Source: Spirochaetia bacterium
Lineage (GTDB): Bacteria; Spirochaetota; Spirochaetia; CAKZLE01
NCBI GenBank assembly: GCA_963677595.1
Contig: OY782041.1
Coordinates: forward strand, 2,368,001-2,432,000
Direction of reading: 5' to 3'
Length of the DNA: 64,000 bases
Shown here: positions 45,294-55,112 of the stretch, piece after piece
How positions within the stretch are numbered: position 1 is the first letter of the stretch
Layout of the letters: each line of letters opens with the position of its first letter
Program-made: the position numbers and the translations under genes
The notes under the pieces: model-generated
Told to the model about the DNA's origin: nothing
Database searches by the model: none
Seen by the model: the letters and a program-made list of their open reading frames with translations, nothing else

Positions 45294-47953
45294 TTCGAGC
45301 CTTCTACCCTGTTTTTCCCGTTTTCTTTAGCTTTATAAAGTGCAGTATCAGCATTCTTAAGCGTCTGCTTGACAGGAACTCCTGGATTATGGATTGTAAT
45401 ACCGAAACTACAGCTGAGCGTATCGACCGAATCGAATTGAAACTGCCCGATTTGGCTCCTGAGATGTTCTGCAAGTGTCTGCAGCCCTTCCAAATTCATA
45501 ATCTCAGCAATGATAATGAATTCATCGCCTCCCCATCTGATGATTGCATCTGTACTTCTTATGTGGTTTTTTAAGATATTTGAAACCTGTTTTAAGATTG
45601 TATCTCCTACATCATGTCCGTAGGTATCATTCACATCTTTAAACAGATCTATATCGAGCATGATAATACCTGTTTTATAGTTTTGTTTTTGATGAGACTC
45701 AATAATCTTATGTATATGCTCGTTGAAGAATTCTCTATTATATGAACCAGTAAGAGTATCAATCAAAGAGTTTTGTTTGAATCTAATCTTATCGAAAAAG
45801 TTTTCAGATATATCAGTAAACGTAATGAGGAACATATCATGCTCGTAACTATTTATGTTGACGGTGAATATATGAAGTTCTCTCTCTTTATTCTTTATTG
45901 CAACGACTCGATCACTTTCGTTGAGATGTAAAAGAGAGCTGATCCAATTGTCTTCAGAATCTTTCATTTTTTTTAAATGGAATACATCTTCATTCTCTAT
46001 AAAAAGGTCACAGATACATGAGTATTGTTTTAAAAAGGATTCCAAGTCCTTTATACCGGTAAACTTAAAAAGTGATTTATTGGCAAAAAGGAGTTTTTCC
46101 CCATTTGTAAGAACTACAATATTATCCTGATAATCGAGGAACTTTCTCATTCTACCTAAAGTATCTTTGTGCAATGAAACATCAGAAATGGAGCCCTCAA
46201 GTGTTTTTAATCCTGTTTCATTTACTATTTGCCGACCTATCTCTTCTACATAAATTATTTCATTGCTGGATGTCAGGATACGATAATCAAGTTTGAAGAA
46301 ACTGTTCGAGTCAATTGCTTCCCTGATTTGCTTTTCAACACGTGTTTGATCTTCTGGATGGACAATACTACGCAGCGACTTGCCTTCCTTTATGAATTCA
46401 CTCGCATGATACCCGGTTAACGGGAGGATTGCATCATTGATATAGGTAACTTTGCCTTCTATCCCATCAAGACACGTATAAATAATATCAGGAACCTTAT
46501 TAACAGCAGCTTCCAATTGATCTTTCATATTTTGCAAGGTAATCTCTTTTTCAACCAAATCAGTGACATCTTGAACGGTACCAAGTGATCTGATAGGAGA
46601 GCCAGACTTGTTATACTCGTGATAGGCACTCTCAAACACGTAAAGAACTGTTTCGTCTTGTCGTAATATTCTATGCCTGATACTGTATCCTGTTTTATTT
46701 TCTAGAGATGTCTTATAAGCATTATCCAATAATGTTCTATCATCTGGATGAACATACTCAAAAAATGCCTCGTAAGTCGCTTCGAAACTCTGGGGTTCTA
46801 TTCCAAAAATGATGTAAATTTCATCGCTCCAAATCAGCTTATTCTTTTTTACATCAAACTCCCATGATCCCATTTTCCCGATTCTTTGAACTTGTTCCAG
46901 AGTGTTCGTTTTCTTCTGGAGCCTTCTAGTCCACCTTTCTACGGTAATATAAACGAGAATTAGAAAAAGGAATGCAAAAGCCGTAGATAGAAGAGAGCTC
47001 AGTCTAGCTGTTTCTATGTTTTTTAAGCTCGTTTTGTCAGAGCAGCTTATCAAGTACCCCTCAACAAATCCTTGCATATTGTCTATGGCGTGCACTGAGA
47101 TAATAGCGCCACTTTTTAGTGGAATGGAGAACACTTTTTCTGGGAGTTCTGTGTGCAAATTCTGTTCAAAATATTTAACTATCTTATCAGCTTCATCAGA
47201 AGATATGAAAGAACTTATGTTTCGTTCTATGACAGTATCAGCGCTTATCAGAAAACTATCACTTAAAGGCCATGGTTTATAATTATCAAGTTCTTCTGCA
47301 AATTCTTTTTGTTCAACAATTTCTTTGCTTATTATAAACTGATTATCTAACCCTGTGTTTGTGCTTAAGAGATCTAATATAGTACTGATTGCTATGCTTA
47401 TCTCTATACTTCCAAGGTGTTTCTCATCTTTTTTCAAAGGGTAAACATTTCTAAGTCCATTAAACATGCGTCCTTCTTCGAAGGCTTTAATCGGTTCGTG
47501 TTTTTCGTTTACATAGGTGACAGTGTTACGGATGCCAACAAGGCTATCTCCATACGTTTCAGGTTTATGAAATCTGAGGTAGCTGTTTGACTCTGCATCA
47601 TGAAAATGAAGCTGCTGAAAGTTATTCGATTGTAATCTGTCATATACGGGAAGGAGATATTCATATAACTGCTTACGGAAATAATTCTGTTTTTCCTCAG
47701 TTTCTGCCTGTAATCCATTATTAAATATATCGATCACTTCAGGTTGGTTTATATAGAGATTATAGATCATATCAGCGAAGTTATTATAAGTATCCAGTAT
47801 TGCATTATAGTTAACCTCCAGACCGTATGAATGATCTTCAAGAATATTCTCCTTCATGAGATCAATATTAGTTTCTATCTGCAGATATGACCAAATTAAC
47901 AAGAGAGTGAAAATAATTACTGAACCAATACGAACCAAGCGTTGTCTATTCAT
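45290..47953 (-). CDS. Membrane sensor (Cache-like)-PAS-GGDEF diguanylate cyclase
   Basis: Two TM helices around a periplasmic domain; PAS domains (VHPDD, VHPED); DTLTGSYNR; RSTD; RWGGDEF. Confidence 0.94.
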   Translation of the reverse strand: MNRQRLVRIGSVIIFTLLLIWSYLQIETNIDLMKENILEDHSYGLEVNYNAILDTYNNFADMIYNLYINQPEVIDIFNNGLQAETEEKQNYFRKQLYEYLLPVYDRLQSNNFQQLHFHDAESNSYLRFHKPETYGDSLVGIRNTVTYVNEKHEPIKAFEEGRMFNGLRNVYPLKKDEKHLGSIEISIAISTILDLLSTNTGLDNQFIISKEIVEQKEFAEELDNYKPWPLSDSFLISADTVIERNISSFISSDEADKIVKYFEQNLHTELPEKVFSIPLKSGAIISVHAIDNMQGFVEGYLISCSDKTSLKNIETARLSSLLSTAFAFLFLILVYITVERWTRRLQKKTNTLEQVQRIGKMGSWEFDVKKNKLIWSDEIYIIFGIEPQSFEATYEAFFEYVHPDDRTLLDNAYKTSLENKTGYSIRHRILRQDETVLYVFESAYHEYNKSGSPIRSLGTVQDVTDLVEKEITLQNMKDQLEAAVNKVPDIIYTCLDGIEGKVTYINDAILPLTGYHASEFIKEGKSLRSIVHPEDQTRVEKQIREAIDSNSFFKLDYRILTSSNEIIYVEEIGRQIVNETGLKTLEGSISDVSLHKDTLGRMRKFLDYQDNIVVLTNGEKLLFANKSLFKFTGIKDLESFLKQYSCICDLFIENEDVFHLKKMKDSEDNWISSLLHLNESDRVVAIKNKERELHIFTVNINSYEHDMFLITFTDISENFFDKIRFKQNSLIDTLTGSYNREFFNEHIHKIIESHQKQNYKTGIIMLDIDLFKDVNDTYGHDVGDTILKQVSNILKNHIRSTDAIIRWGGDEFIIIAEIMNLEGLQTLAEHLRSQIGQFQFDSVDTLSCSFGITIHNPGVPVKQTLKNADTALYKAKENGKNRVEGSN

Positions 47954-48038
47954 AAGTTTTTATAGTACCTTTGTTCTAATTTAGTCTAGCATTTAGATAT
48001 TAGCAATTCAATTGGAATGCTATTGTATAACTTCGAGC

Positions 48039-48064
48039 AAAAAAACCGGCAGATCTCTGCCGGT
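48039..48064 (-). terminator. Intrinsic terminator after the int/xis/small-ORF genes
   Basis: ACCGGCAGA-TC-TCTGCCGGT stem with a T-tract on the minus strand. Confidence 0.75.
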
Positions 48065-48074
48065 CCCATTGCGA

Positions 48075-48227
48075 TCAATCAGGTTTTTCCTTCACGATCT
48101 TCGACTTCTCTATCAGGGCAAGGTGTTTGTCCCGAACCTTCAGGGTGATATGGATCTCTCCATGATCGAGAGTTCCAAGTTCCTTGTGTATCCAAAGGGC
48201 CAGTTTCTGCAGCTGTTCTTTTCCCAT
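48075..48227 (-). CDS. 50-aa protein, YezD/DUF2292-like (not in the ORF track)
   Basis: MGKEQLQKLALWIHKELGTLDHGEIHITLKVRDKHLALIEKSKIVKEKPD*; starts 5 nt after the xis stop. Confidence 0.55.
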   Translation of the reverse strand: MGKEQLQKLALWIHKELGTLDHGEIHITLKVRDKHLALIEKSKIVKEKPD

Positions 48228-48232
48228 ACCGG

Positions 48233-48445
48233 CTATCTCGAGGAATCCCTGATGAAATCTTCTATCTGGTCAGTAGTGAACCTGACTGACGCTCCGATTT
48301 TCACATATGGAATCCGCTTAGCTGAAACCCACTGCCTGAGCGTCTGGGGTTTCACAGCAAGTATGTCTGCAGCTTCCTGATACGTGAGCAGTGGCTGCAG
48401 GTGGGACATAGAATCCACTCCTTTGGATTTTGGCTTTGTTAACAT
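48233..48445 (-). CDS. Excisionase-like HTH protein
   Basis: LLTYQEAADILAVKPQTLRQWV...IPYVKIGASVRF; downstream of the integrase. Confidence 0.88.
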   Translation of the reverse strand: MLTKPKSKGVDSMSHLQPLLTYQEAADILAVKPQTLRQWVSAKRIPYVKIGASVRFTTDQIEDFIRDSSR

Positions 48446-48567
48446 CTATCGAGTACTCCTTCTCTTGGGACCAACCTGGGGAGCACGGGGCTAAGACCTA
48501 ACAATGTTAGAAGCACTATATCACTACAGGGATAAACTAGTCAACAAATGTATAGTAAAAAAATGAA

Positions 48568-49914
48568 TCATGCACTGATGCCTTCTGGACTCATCATCTC
48601 ATTGAATACATCGCTCACCGCCTTCGATACCTGATCCAGGTGAGAGCCCTGAGCATGATCAGCATAATGTGCTGCCATTGCCGGGGTCTTATGACCAGTA
48701 GCCAGCTGAACGGTCCTGAGTTCGATCTTATCGGCCAGGTGGGTGGCATAGAAGTGTCTCCAGGAGTGGAAGCAGATTCCGCGGTCGATCATCGCCTCTC
48801 TGATTTTCTCCTGCTCTTCGACATTACCTCGTTTATCTTCCGTCAGCTTCATGGCGACATAGACGGCGGAGAGACCTTTATTGAGGACATCTATATTCAT
48901 TGGTTTATCCTGTGCTGTTCCGTAGAATATGAACCCCTCATCCCCATAACTGCTGCTTTTGAGAAGATTCAGCAGCTCAGTCTTTATCTGGGGGAGGAGG
49001 GGAACAACACGTTCTTCCCCGTTCTTCGGTGCCTTGAGGCCGTCTGAGAAGCTCCAGCTGTGCCGAACCATGAGTTTATCACCCTGGATATCTTCCTTCC
49101 TGAGAGCGACGACTTCACCGGCTCTGAGGCCGGTGGTCATGGCAAGGAGGTTCCCGACTCTCGAGCGCTCATCATCCCAGGAAGCAGAGAATACCTGCTG
49201 GACCTCTTCTGGATTCAGGATATCACGCTTCTTTGAAGCGCCTGAGAACTTTCTTAAGCCGTTTGCCGGGTTGGTTGTGAGCTCCTCTCGATCTGTTGCC
49301 CATTTGAAGGCGACGGTTCCTGCCGTGAGAATGGAATTGATCGATTTCGGAGCGAGGTTCTTGTCTTTGAGGGTCAGCTGGAAATCCCTGAGATCATCTT
49401 TGGTGACATCGACAAGCCTAGTCTCGGGATCGAAGTAATCTCTCCAGTGGTTGAGTTTTTTCGACTGCTCATAGCAGTGACGCTTCCCGATACTCTGGCC
49501 GTAGGCATGTTTCTCTCTCACATAGGGAGAATTGTCGTAATCCCAGAATTCCTTGAGGAAGGGGAGAAGAAGAGCCTCTGATTTCTGTTCCTTCTTCAGG
49601 GCAACGTTCCCGATGACTCCTTTGTCCTGAAGGACGGAGGTAATCCGTATTGCATCCTGAGAAGATAACTCCAAAGTGTGCAGCACCTCGATAATGGTAT
49701 CTAGTGTGTAGATCTCTTTCAGGGGTTTCTTCTTTGCTTTTGATTTTTTCTGAGGAATTCCGTTCTGCAACCAATCTGAAACGATCATGTAGGCTTCAGA
49801 CTGATCTGTGGTCCCAGTGGATCTGGCTGCCAGGTATTTCCCTGTTTCGGGGTTCTTGATCTGGGCATAGTAAGTATCCTGCCCTTGGCGCTTATAAACA
49901 CAAAACCGGCGCAT
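48568..49914 (-). CDS. Tyrosine integrase
   Basis: TGLRAGE (R), APKNG (K), FHSWRH, TGH, HY; ATG at 49914 follows an AGGAG RBS. Confidence 0.95.
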   Translation of the reverse strand: MRRFCVYKRQGQDTYYAQIKNPETGKYLAARSTGTTDQSEAYMIVSDWLQNGIPQKKSKAKKKPLKEIYTLDTIIEVLHTLELSSQDAIRITSVLQDKGVIGNVALKKEQKSEALLLPFLKEFWDYDNSPYVREKHAYGQSIGKRHCYEQSKKLNHWRDYFDPETRLVDVTKDDLRDFQLTLKDKNLAPKSINSILTAGTVAFKWATDREELTTNPANGLRKFSGASKKRDILNPEEVQQVFSASWDDERSRVGNLLAMTTGLRAGEVVALRKEDIQGDKLMVRHSWSFSDGLKAPKNGEERVVPLLPQIKTELLNLLKSSSYGDEGFIFYGTAQDKPMNIDVLNKGLSAVYVAMKLTEDKRGNVEEQEKIREAMIDRGICFHSWRHFYATHLADKIELRTVQLATGHKTPAMAAHYADHAQGSHLDQVSKAVSDVFNEMMSPEGISA

Positions 49915-49936
49915 TTTCAATCTCCTGTCAGATGGG

Positions 49937-49958
49937 CTATCTGTAACTCCATCTGTAA
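49937..49958. promoter_or_regulatory. Putative integrase arm-type sites
   Basis: CTATCTGTAACTCCATCTGTAA, about 70 bp inside the att core. Confidence 0.6.
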
Positions 49959-50029
49959 GTTGGATTGAAAGAACGCCGGTTCTTCCGGTGAATCATTCAT
50001 AACTTGTTGTTTTGTAACAACTTGTTTGT

Positions 50030-50102
50030 TAGCAGGGACAGGACTCGAACCTGCGACCTCCGGGTTATGAGCCCGACGAGCTGCCAACTGCTCTACCCTG
50101 CG
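50030..50102 (-). tRNA. Initiator tRNA-Met (CAT); contains att core copy 2 (50030..50071)
   Basis: CGCAGGGTAGAGCAGTTGGCAGCTCGTCGGGCTCATAACCCGGAGGTCGCAGGTTCGAGTCCTGTCCCTGCTA; C1:U72 mismatch and GGG/CCC anticodon stem; CCA not encoded. Confidence 0.96.
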
Positions 50103-50437
50103 TCGACGTGAATGTAATGTATAGATATTCCCAAAAAAGGTCAATAGGTATTCGAAAATTAAATTCTCCCTATAAAATAACATATAACCCAGAGTGTATG
50201 CCTATTTTAACATGTATTTCTTATAGGATGGGGTAGAAACTGACCAAAATTCTTTTTCGTGTTTGTGAAGATGAGTCAAAAGGACACGCAATATAGGGCA
50301 TTGTGACACAGTGAGTCATTATGACACATGCTGGTAGGTGGCCTAAGAATCTTCGTCCTGTTTCCTTTTGTGATGAGTATATTCCTAACTTATTATATAT
50401 AAAACAAATAAAAATTCTTAATTGTGTTTTCCTAAAA

Positions 50438-50454
50438 TTGGCACGCCCTATGCA
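50438..50454 (+). promoter_or_regulatory. Sigma54 (-24/-12) promoter of hsp20
   Basis: TTGGCACGCCCTATGCA = GG-N10-GC. Confidence 0.7.
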
Positions 50455-50514
50455 TATAGGTATACGTAACAAGCTGAGAGCTGAACAAGTAACAAATTAA
50501 TACGGAGGTGTATT

Positions 50515-50946
50515 ATGAAATACATAGTTAAGAGAAATCCATCATTGAGCCTTATGAACGACTTCGATCGTATCTTCAACAGTTTCTGGGACTACCCGTC
50601 AGTACAGACCAAGGCACGGAAGCCTTCAGTCGACGTCCGGGAGACCGAGGATGCCTACATCCTGGAAGCAGAGCTTCCCGGGTTCGACGAGAATAACGTC
50701 GAGGTCAACGTGGACAAGCATGTACTGCATATCTCCTCTAAGCAGGAAGAGGAAAAGAGCGAGGAGAAGAAGGAGTACCTGCTCAGGGAGCGGTCATTCT
50801 ACTCCTTCGAGCGAAGCTTCTCACTGCCCGAGCATGTGGATGAGGAGAAGATCTCCGGTGAGTTCAAGCAGGGTGTCCTGACACTGACCATCCCGAAGAG
50901 CGAGAAACAGAAGCCGAAGAGGATCGATGTGAAACTCGCATCATAG
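50515..50946 (+). CDS. Hsp20/alpha-crystallin small heat-shock protein
   Basis: PSVDVRET, AELPG, RER...FERSFSLP, GVLTLTIPK. Confidence 0.95.
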   Translation: MKYIVKRNPSLSLMNDFDRIFNSFWDYPSVQTKARKPSVDVRETEDAYILEAELPGFDENNVEVNVDKHVLHISSKQEEEKSEEKKEYLLRERSFYSFERSFSLPEHVDEEKISGEFKQGVLTLTIPKSEKQKPKRIDVKLAS

Positions 50947-50988
50947 TTTTCATACAAAGCAAGAGACAAAGCATTCCTACAATACAAA

Positions 50989-51032
50989 GCAGGCCGTCCG
51001 CATCGTTGATGCGACGGCCTGCACTATTTTTC
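50989..51032 (+). terminator. Terminator between hsp20 and the convergent gene
   Basis: GCAGGCCGTC.GCATC...GATGCGACGGCCTGC hairpin followed by a T-tract. Confidence 0.7.
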
Positions 51033-51049
51033 ATGAGGTTTGGTAGTCT

Positions 51050-51781
51050 CTACCAAGTGACCGAGTAGTCGATCGGCTCCGCGAGGAGCAGGAAGTCAAT
51101 GATCGGGATGGAGAACTCCACCTGGGTGGGGGAGTGCTTGATACCGTTGGTATGGGAGATGATCGGGGAGTCGGTGTTGATGAAGATCGAGATCGTCGAC
51201 CGTTCGATAGCCCCGGGGCCCTCCTCGCCGAGCAGGTAGCTGATCATGTCGAGGTAGTCAGCCTCTGATACCCCGATGTTCTCCTCAGGCCCGAAGATCG
51301 AGAAGGAGGGGTCCTTCAGCAGCGGGATAAGCTCGGTGAGCTCCCCATAGTTGTCGATATCGAGGTACATCCTGAGAGAGTTGGTTGTGGCCCCCTCCGT
51401 GAAGGTGAAGAGCGACTCGAGCTTCAGGTCGTCATGGACGTCATTGAAGAACCGTTCAGCATCGCCGAACTGGAAAGTACCGATATAGTGGTTCGGCTCT
51501 ATCTCCGTGAAGTCAGCCTCCTGGGCATAGGGAGAGTCATTGATGGACTTCTGGATCTCATCGATGTTCATCTCGGTCACGTTCCGTTCCTCTTCAGGGA
51601 TGAATACGGTGAAGTCCTCGACTACCGCCTTGAAGAACTCCTCGACCTCGATGTCGAAGGAGACGTTCCCGGCGGCATCGGCGTCGATATAGATCTCCTG
51701 TCGGATGGAGCATGAGGTCAGGCTGGTCATCAGTAGCGAGAAGATGACCAGTATGAGGGTATATAGCTTCTTGTGCTGCAT
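51050..51781 (-). CDS. Putative lipoprotein
   Basis: MQHKK + hydrophobic stretch + LTSC lipobox. Confidence 0.7.
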   Translation of the reverse strand: MQHKKLYTLILVIFSLLMTSLTSCSIRQEIYIDADAAGNVSFDIEVEEFFKAVVEDFTVFIPEEERNVTEMNIDEIQKSINDSPYAQEADFTEIEPNHYIGTFQFGDAERFFNDVHDDLKLESLFTFTEGATTNSLRMYLDIDNYGELTELIPLLKDPSFSIFGPEENIGVSEADYLDMISYLLGEEGPGAIERSTISIFINTDSPIISHTNGIKHSPTQVEFSIPIIDFLLLAEPIDYSVTW

Positions 51782-51997
51782 GTGTATGCGTTCCTTATGA
51801 TTTTCTTCTGTCACCATGTGAAAAAAAAGCATCAGAATGATAAATGGTAACTTTTACAATCGTACCATGTTGTTCTAATATATAGAATATTATAGGATGG
51901 GTAAAGTTACAATCTGCGCGTGGGGAATACAGACATATTAACGAGTCATCTGGCGTGTCCCCATGTAGAAAACCCTCTGTAGGAACCTGGTACCTGT

Positions 51998-54346
51998 TTG
52001 ATGAAAGGCAAGAACATATACTTCAATATCGTGAGATTCTCACAACGGCACTCGAAGGTCGTCATCGTCCTGACGGTGCTCATCACCATACTCCTCGCAT
52101 TCTCGATGAAGAACATCAGGGTGAATGCGGACTACAACACCCTGCTCGGCGATGATGAGGAGAGCCGGATCTATGAGGAGCTGAATGCCAATTCGGATGC
52201 CTCGGAAGACATCATCCTCACGATCAAGGGCGACGACCTCTTCAGGCCCGAAGTACTCGGGACCCTCGAGGGGGTGATCGGGGAGATCGAGTCGTTCCCC
52301 AACGTGAGGGCCGGTTCCCACCCATTCTCGATGGTGACGGCCGTGAACAAGAACGGCCGCCTGGCCATCGTGCCGATGAACCCCCACGAGGGTGACGGGC
52401 CGTGGACCGAGGAGGAGGCCGCGATCTTCAAGGAGCGGCTCCTGAATGATGAGCTTGCACGGAACCTGGTAGTCTCACCGTCAGGGAACATGATGCTGAT
52501 CTACTTCCCGATGAAGGGACTCGGGGAGGGGAACAGTGACCAGTACAACGCGATCCTCGGGATCGTCGAGCCGCTGAGGGCCTACGGCAAGGTCGCGATC
52601 AACGGTGCGATCGCAATCACCGACAGTATCTCCCGCTACCTGGTGCGTGACCTCTTCACGCTCCTGAGCATCTCCTTCGTCGTGATCATGTTCGTCTACT
52701 ACTTCAGCTTCAGGGCGAAACGTGCAGTATTTCTGCCCCTATCGGTCGTGGTCCTCGGGGTCGTCTGGTGCCTCGGCATCATGTCCCTGCTCGGGTATGA
52801 CCTGACCATCTTCAATATCGTGACGCCTCCGCTCGTGCTGACCCTTGGCTCCTCCTACAGCATCCACCTGCTGAACGAGTACTACCGTTCGGGGCGGGCT
52901 GCGAAGGGTGATAACGGCAAGGAGTGGATCGCCGGGGCGGTCTACCACATAAACAAGACCATCATCCTCGCCTGCCTGACCTCAGTGGCAGGGTTCCTCT
53001 CCCTGCTCGTCACCGAGATCGACCAGTTCAAGGAGTTCGGGATCTCGACGGCGATCGGTATCACCATCTGTGCCCTGCTGACCCTCTTCTACCTGCCTGC
53101 GACGCTGCACCTGCTCTCGAACCCGAAGGAGACCCAGCTGAAGCTCGTGAGCGAGGGGAGGATGACGAGGATCATCTCCTATGTCGGAGATATCGTCATC
53201 AATCGCTGGAGACTCATCCTGGTAGCCTTCCTCGCCCTCGCAGCCGGCTTCATCATAGCCTTCCCCCGGGTCGAGTTCGAGACCAACTATACCAAGTACT
53301 TCCAGGAGGACGACCCCCTCGTCGTTAACTCCAAGGATTATATAGCCAACATCGGTGGGGTCGACATGGCCCATGTGACCCTGCAGGCGCCTGAAGGGGT
53401 GGATGACTACTTCCTCAACCCCGACGTCCTCAAGTCGGTGCGGGCCTTCGAGGAGTCGACTGCCGCCCTGACCGACGATATCACGCACACGCTCTCCTTC
53501 TCGAGCTATGTGGCCTTCCTTGACGGGGTCATGGAGGGAGATGAGGGGCGGGTCCCCGATTCCCCCGGGCTCATCATGCTGCTCTCCCGGTACCTCGGGC
53601 TCATCACCCAGGTAGAGACCGGCAACAGCGCGATGCAGATGCTCATCTCGGATGACCACAACCAGGTGACCATCATCTTCCGCTACCGTGATACCGCGAA
53701 CATGGCTACGACCGGCTTGGATAACACCCACAATGTGCTTGCAGCCATCGAGGAGAGCACCCAGATGCTCCCCGCCGATGTCGAGGTGATCACCTGGGGC
53801 AACGGGCAGCGGTACATGTCCTTAAGCGACAGGATACAGTCGGACCAGCGCCGGTCGACCCTGGCGTCGATCCTCGTGGTCTTCCTGATCACGTCGATCA
53901 CCTTCAAGTCGCTGGGGTACGGGTTCTTCTCGATCATCCCGATCGCCGTGGGTATCATGGCGAACTATATCTTCATGGTGCTCTTCAACATCCCGTTCGA
54001 CATGATCACCATGGGCTTCTCGAGCGTCACCGTCGGTGTCGGTATCGATGATGCCATCCACTTCATCATCAGGTTCAAGGAGGTCGAGTCGGAGAACCGC
54101 GGCACGCTGCGTGACCACATCAAGGACACGATCATCCAGACGGGCCGGCCGATCACCCTCACGTCGATCTCGATCATCGCGGGGCTGATGGTCTTGAGCT
54201 TCGCCAGCTTCATGCCGGTGCGCTTCTTCGGTATCCTGATCTCGATCGCCCTGCTCAATACCCTGCTTGCGACCCTCTTCATCCTCCCGGCACTGATGTA
54301 CGGCGGGCTCTCCTTCGCCAGGAGGATCCGCTCAGGCAGAGCCTAG
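51998..54346 (+). CDS. MMPL/RND-family transporter
   Basis: Duplicated TM/periplasmic architecture; GVGIDDAIH; GSSYSIH. Confidence 0.9.
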   Translation: MMKGKNIYFNIVRFSQRHSKVVIVLTVLITILLAFSMKNIRVNADYNTLLGDDEESRIYEELNANSDASEDIILTIKGDDLFRPEVLGTLEGVIGEIESFPNVRAGSHPFSMVTAVNKNGRLAIVPMNPHEGDGPWTEEEAAIFKERLLNDELARNLVVSPSGNMMLIYFPMKGLGEGNSDQYNAILGIVEPLRAYGKVAINGAIAITDSISRYLVRDLFTLLSISFVVIMFVYYFSFRAKRAVFLPLSVVVLGVVWCLGIMSLLGYDLTIFNIVTPPLVLTLGSSYSIHLLNEYYRSGRAAKGDNGKEWIAGAVYHINKTIILACLTSVAGFLSLLVTEIDQFKEFGISTAIGITICALLTLFYLPATLHLLSNPKETQLKLVSEGRMTRIISYVGDIVINRWRLILVAFLALAAGFIIAFPRVEFETNYTKYFQEDDPLVVNSKDYIANIGGVDMAHVTLQAPEGVDDYFLNPDVLKSVRAFEESTAALTDDITHTLSFSSYVAFLDGVMEGDEGRVPDSPGLIMLLSRYLGLITQVETGNSAMQMLISDDHNQVTIIFRYRDTANMATTGLDNTHNVLAAIEESTQMLPADVEVITWGNGQRYMSLSDRIQSDQRRSTLASILVVFLITSITFKSLGYGFFSIIPIAVGIMANYIFMVLFNIPFDMITMGFSSVTVGVGIDDAIHFIIRFKEVESENRGTLRDHIKDTIIQTGRPITLTSISIIAGLMVLSFASFMPVRFFGILISIALLNTLLATLFILPALMYGGLSFARRIRSGRA

Positions 54347-55008
54347 CTCCTGCCGTAATACCGGTCCTCGACCTGGGCCCTCCGGTAGAGGGTATGCAGG
54401 TGCTTCCAGCTGATGATGAGCAGGGGGATGATCCCGACCCACAGGATGGTCCCTGACATGAGGAAGAAGTCATACAGCCCATGGATGAGGATCGCTGCCG
54501 CCAAGCCCCTGCCTGCCGAGACTGACTCATCGAATCTCGCCCTCCCGAGGTAATACCCCATGATCCCTGATGCCACCGCATGGAGCGGGACTGCCGTCAC
54601 GCTCCTGATGAGGGCGGTCGAGACCGGGTCACCGATGCTGTAGGTGATATTCTCGAAGAGGGCGAACCCCATGCTGACCGCTATCGTGTAGACGATACCA
54701 TCGGTAGCCTCGTCGAAGGACTTCTCCCTGCTGATGACCTTCCTGATCACCAGGTACTTGAAGCTTTCCTCAGTACCCGCAGCGATGCCGAAACCCGTGA
54801 CCAGCGCATAGCCAAACCATGACATGCCCGAGGTGACCGGGCTGAGCAGGGTCTCGATCAGCGCCACCGGGGCGACGATGATGATCCCGAGGATCATGGT
54901 CTTGAGGATGACCTTCTTCGGCTCCGGGCGGAGCGTGTCCTTCCGGTAGTAGTAATAGAGCAGGGCAGCTGCGGGAGCAGCCGCCAGGAATATCTTCAAA
55001 AACAGCAT
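54343..55008 (-). CDS. PrsW-family intramembrane metalloprotease
   Basis: EESFK, GFALFEN, PLH, IHGLYD; GGAGGTG RBS before 55008. Confidence 0.9.
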   Translation of the reverse strand: MLFLKIFLAAAPAAALLYYYYRKDTLRPEPKKVILKTMILGIIIVAPVALIETLLSPVTSGMSWFGYALVTGFGIAAGTEESFKYLVIRKVISREKSFDEATDGIVYTIAVSMGFALFENITYSIGDPVSTALIRSVTAVPLHAVASGIMGYYLGRARFDESVSAGRGLAAAILIHGLYDFFLMSGTILWVGIIPLLIISWKHLHTLYRRAQVEDRYYGRS

Positions 55009-55112
55009 CGGTAGGCACCTCCACGTTTCCATCATACCGGCATCAGTACCCTCTTGTCGATGGTCCATCCACGTTTGTATCTTGTAGATGGAATGCTTGA
55101 ACGAGGTAGGAC

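Larger units (their letters stand above)
671..50071. mobile_element. Lambda-like (siphovirus-type) prophage integrated in initiator tRNA-Met
   Basis: 42-bp direct repeats at both ends; integrase and xis next to the tRNA; cI, replication, terminase, portal, capsid, tail, tape-measure and holin genes inside. Confidence 0.96.

Noticed and set aside
48012-48380. 122-aa plus-strand ORF
   Set aside because: Antisense to xis and the 50-aa gene and spans their terminator.
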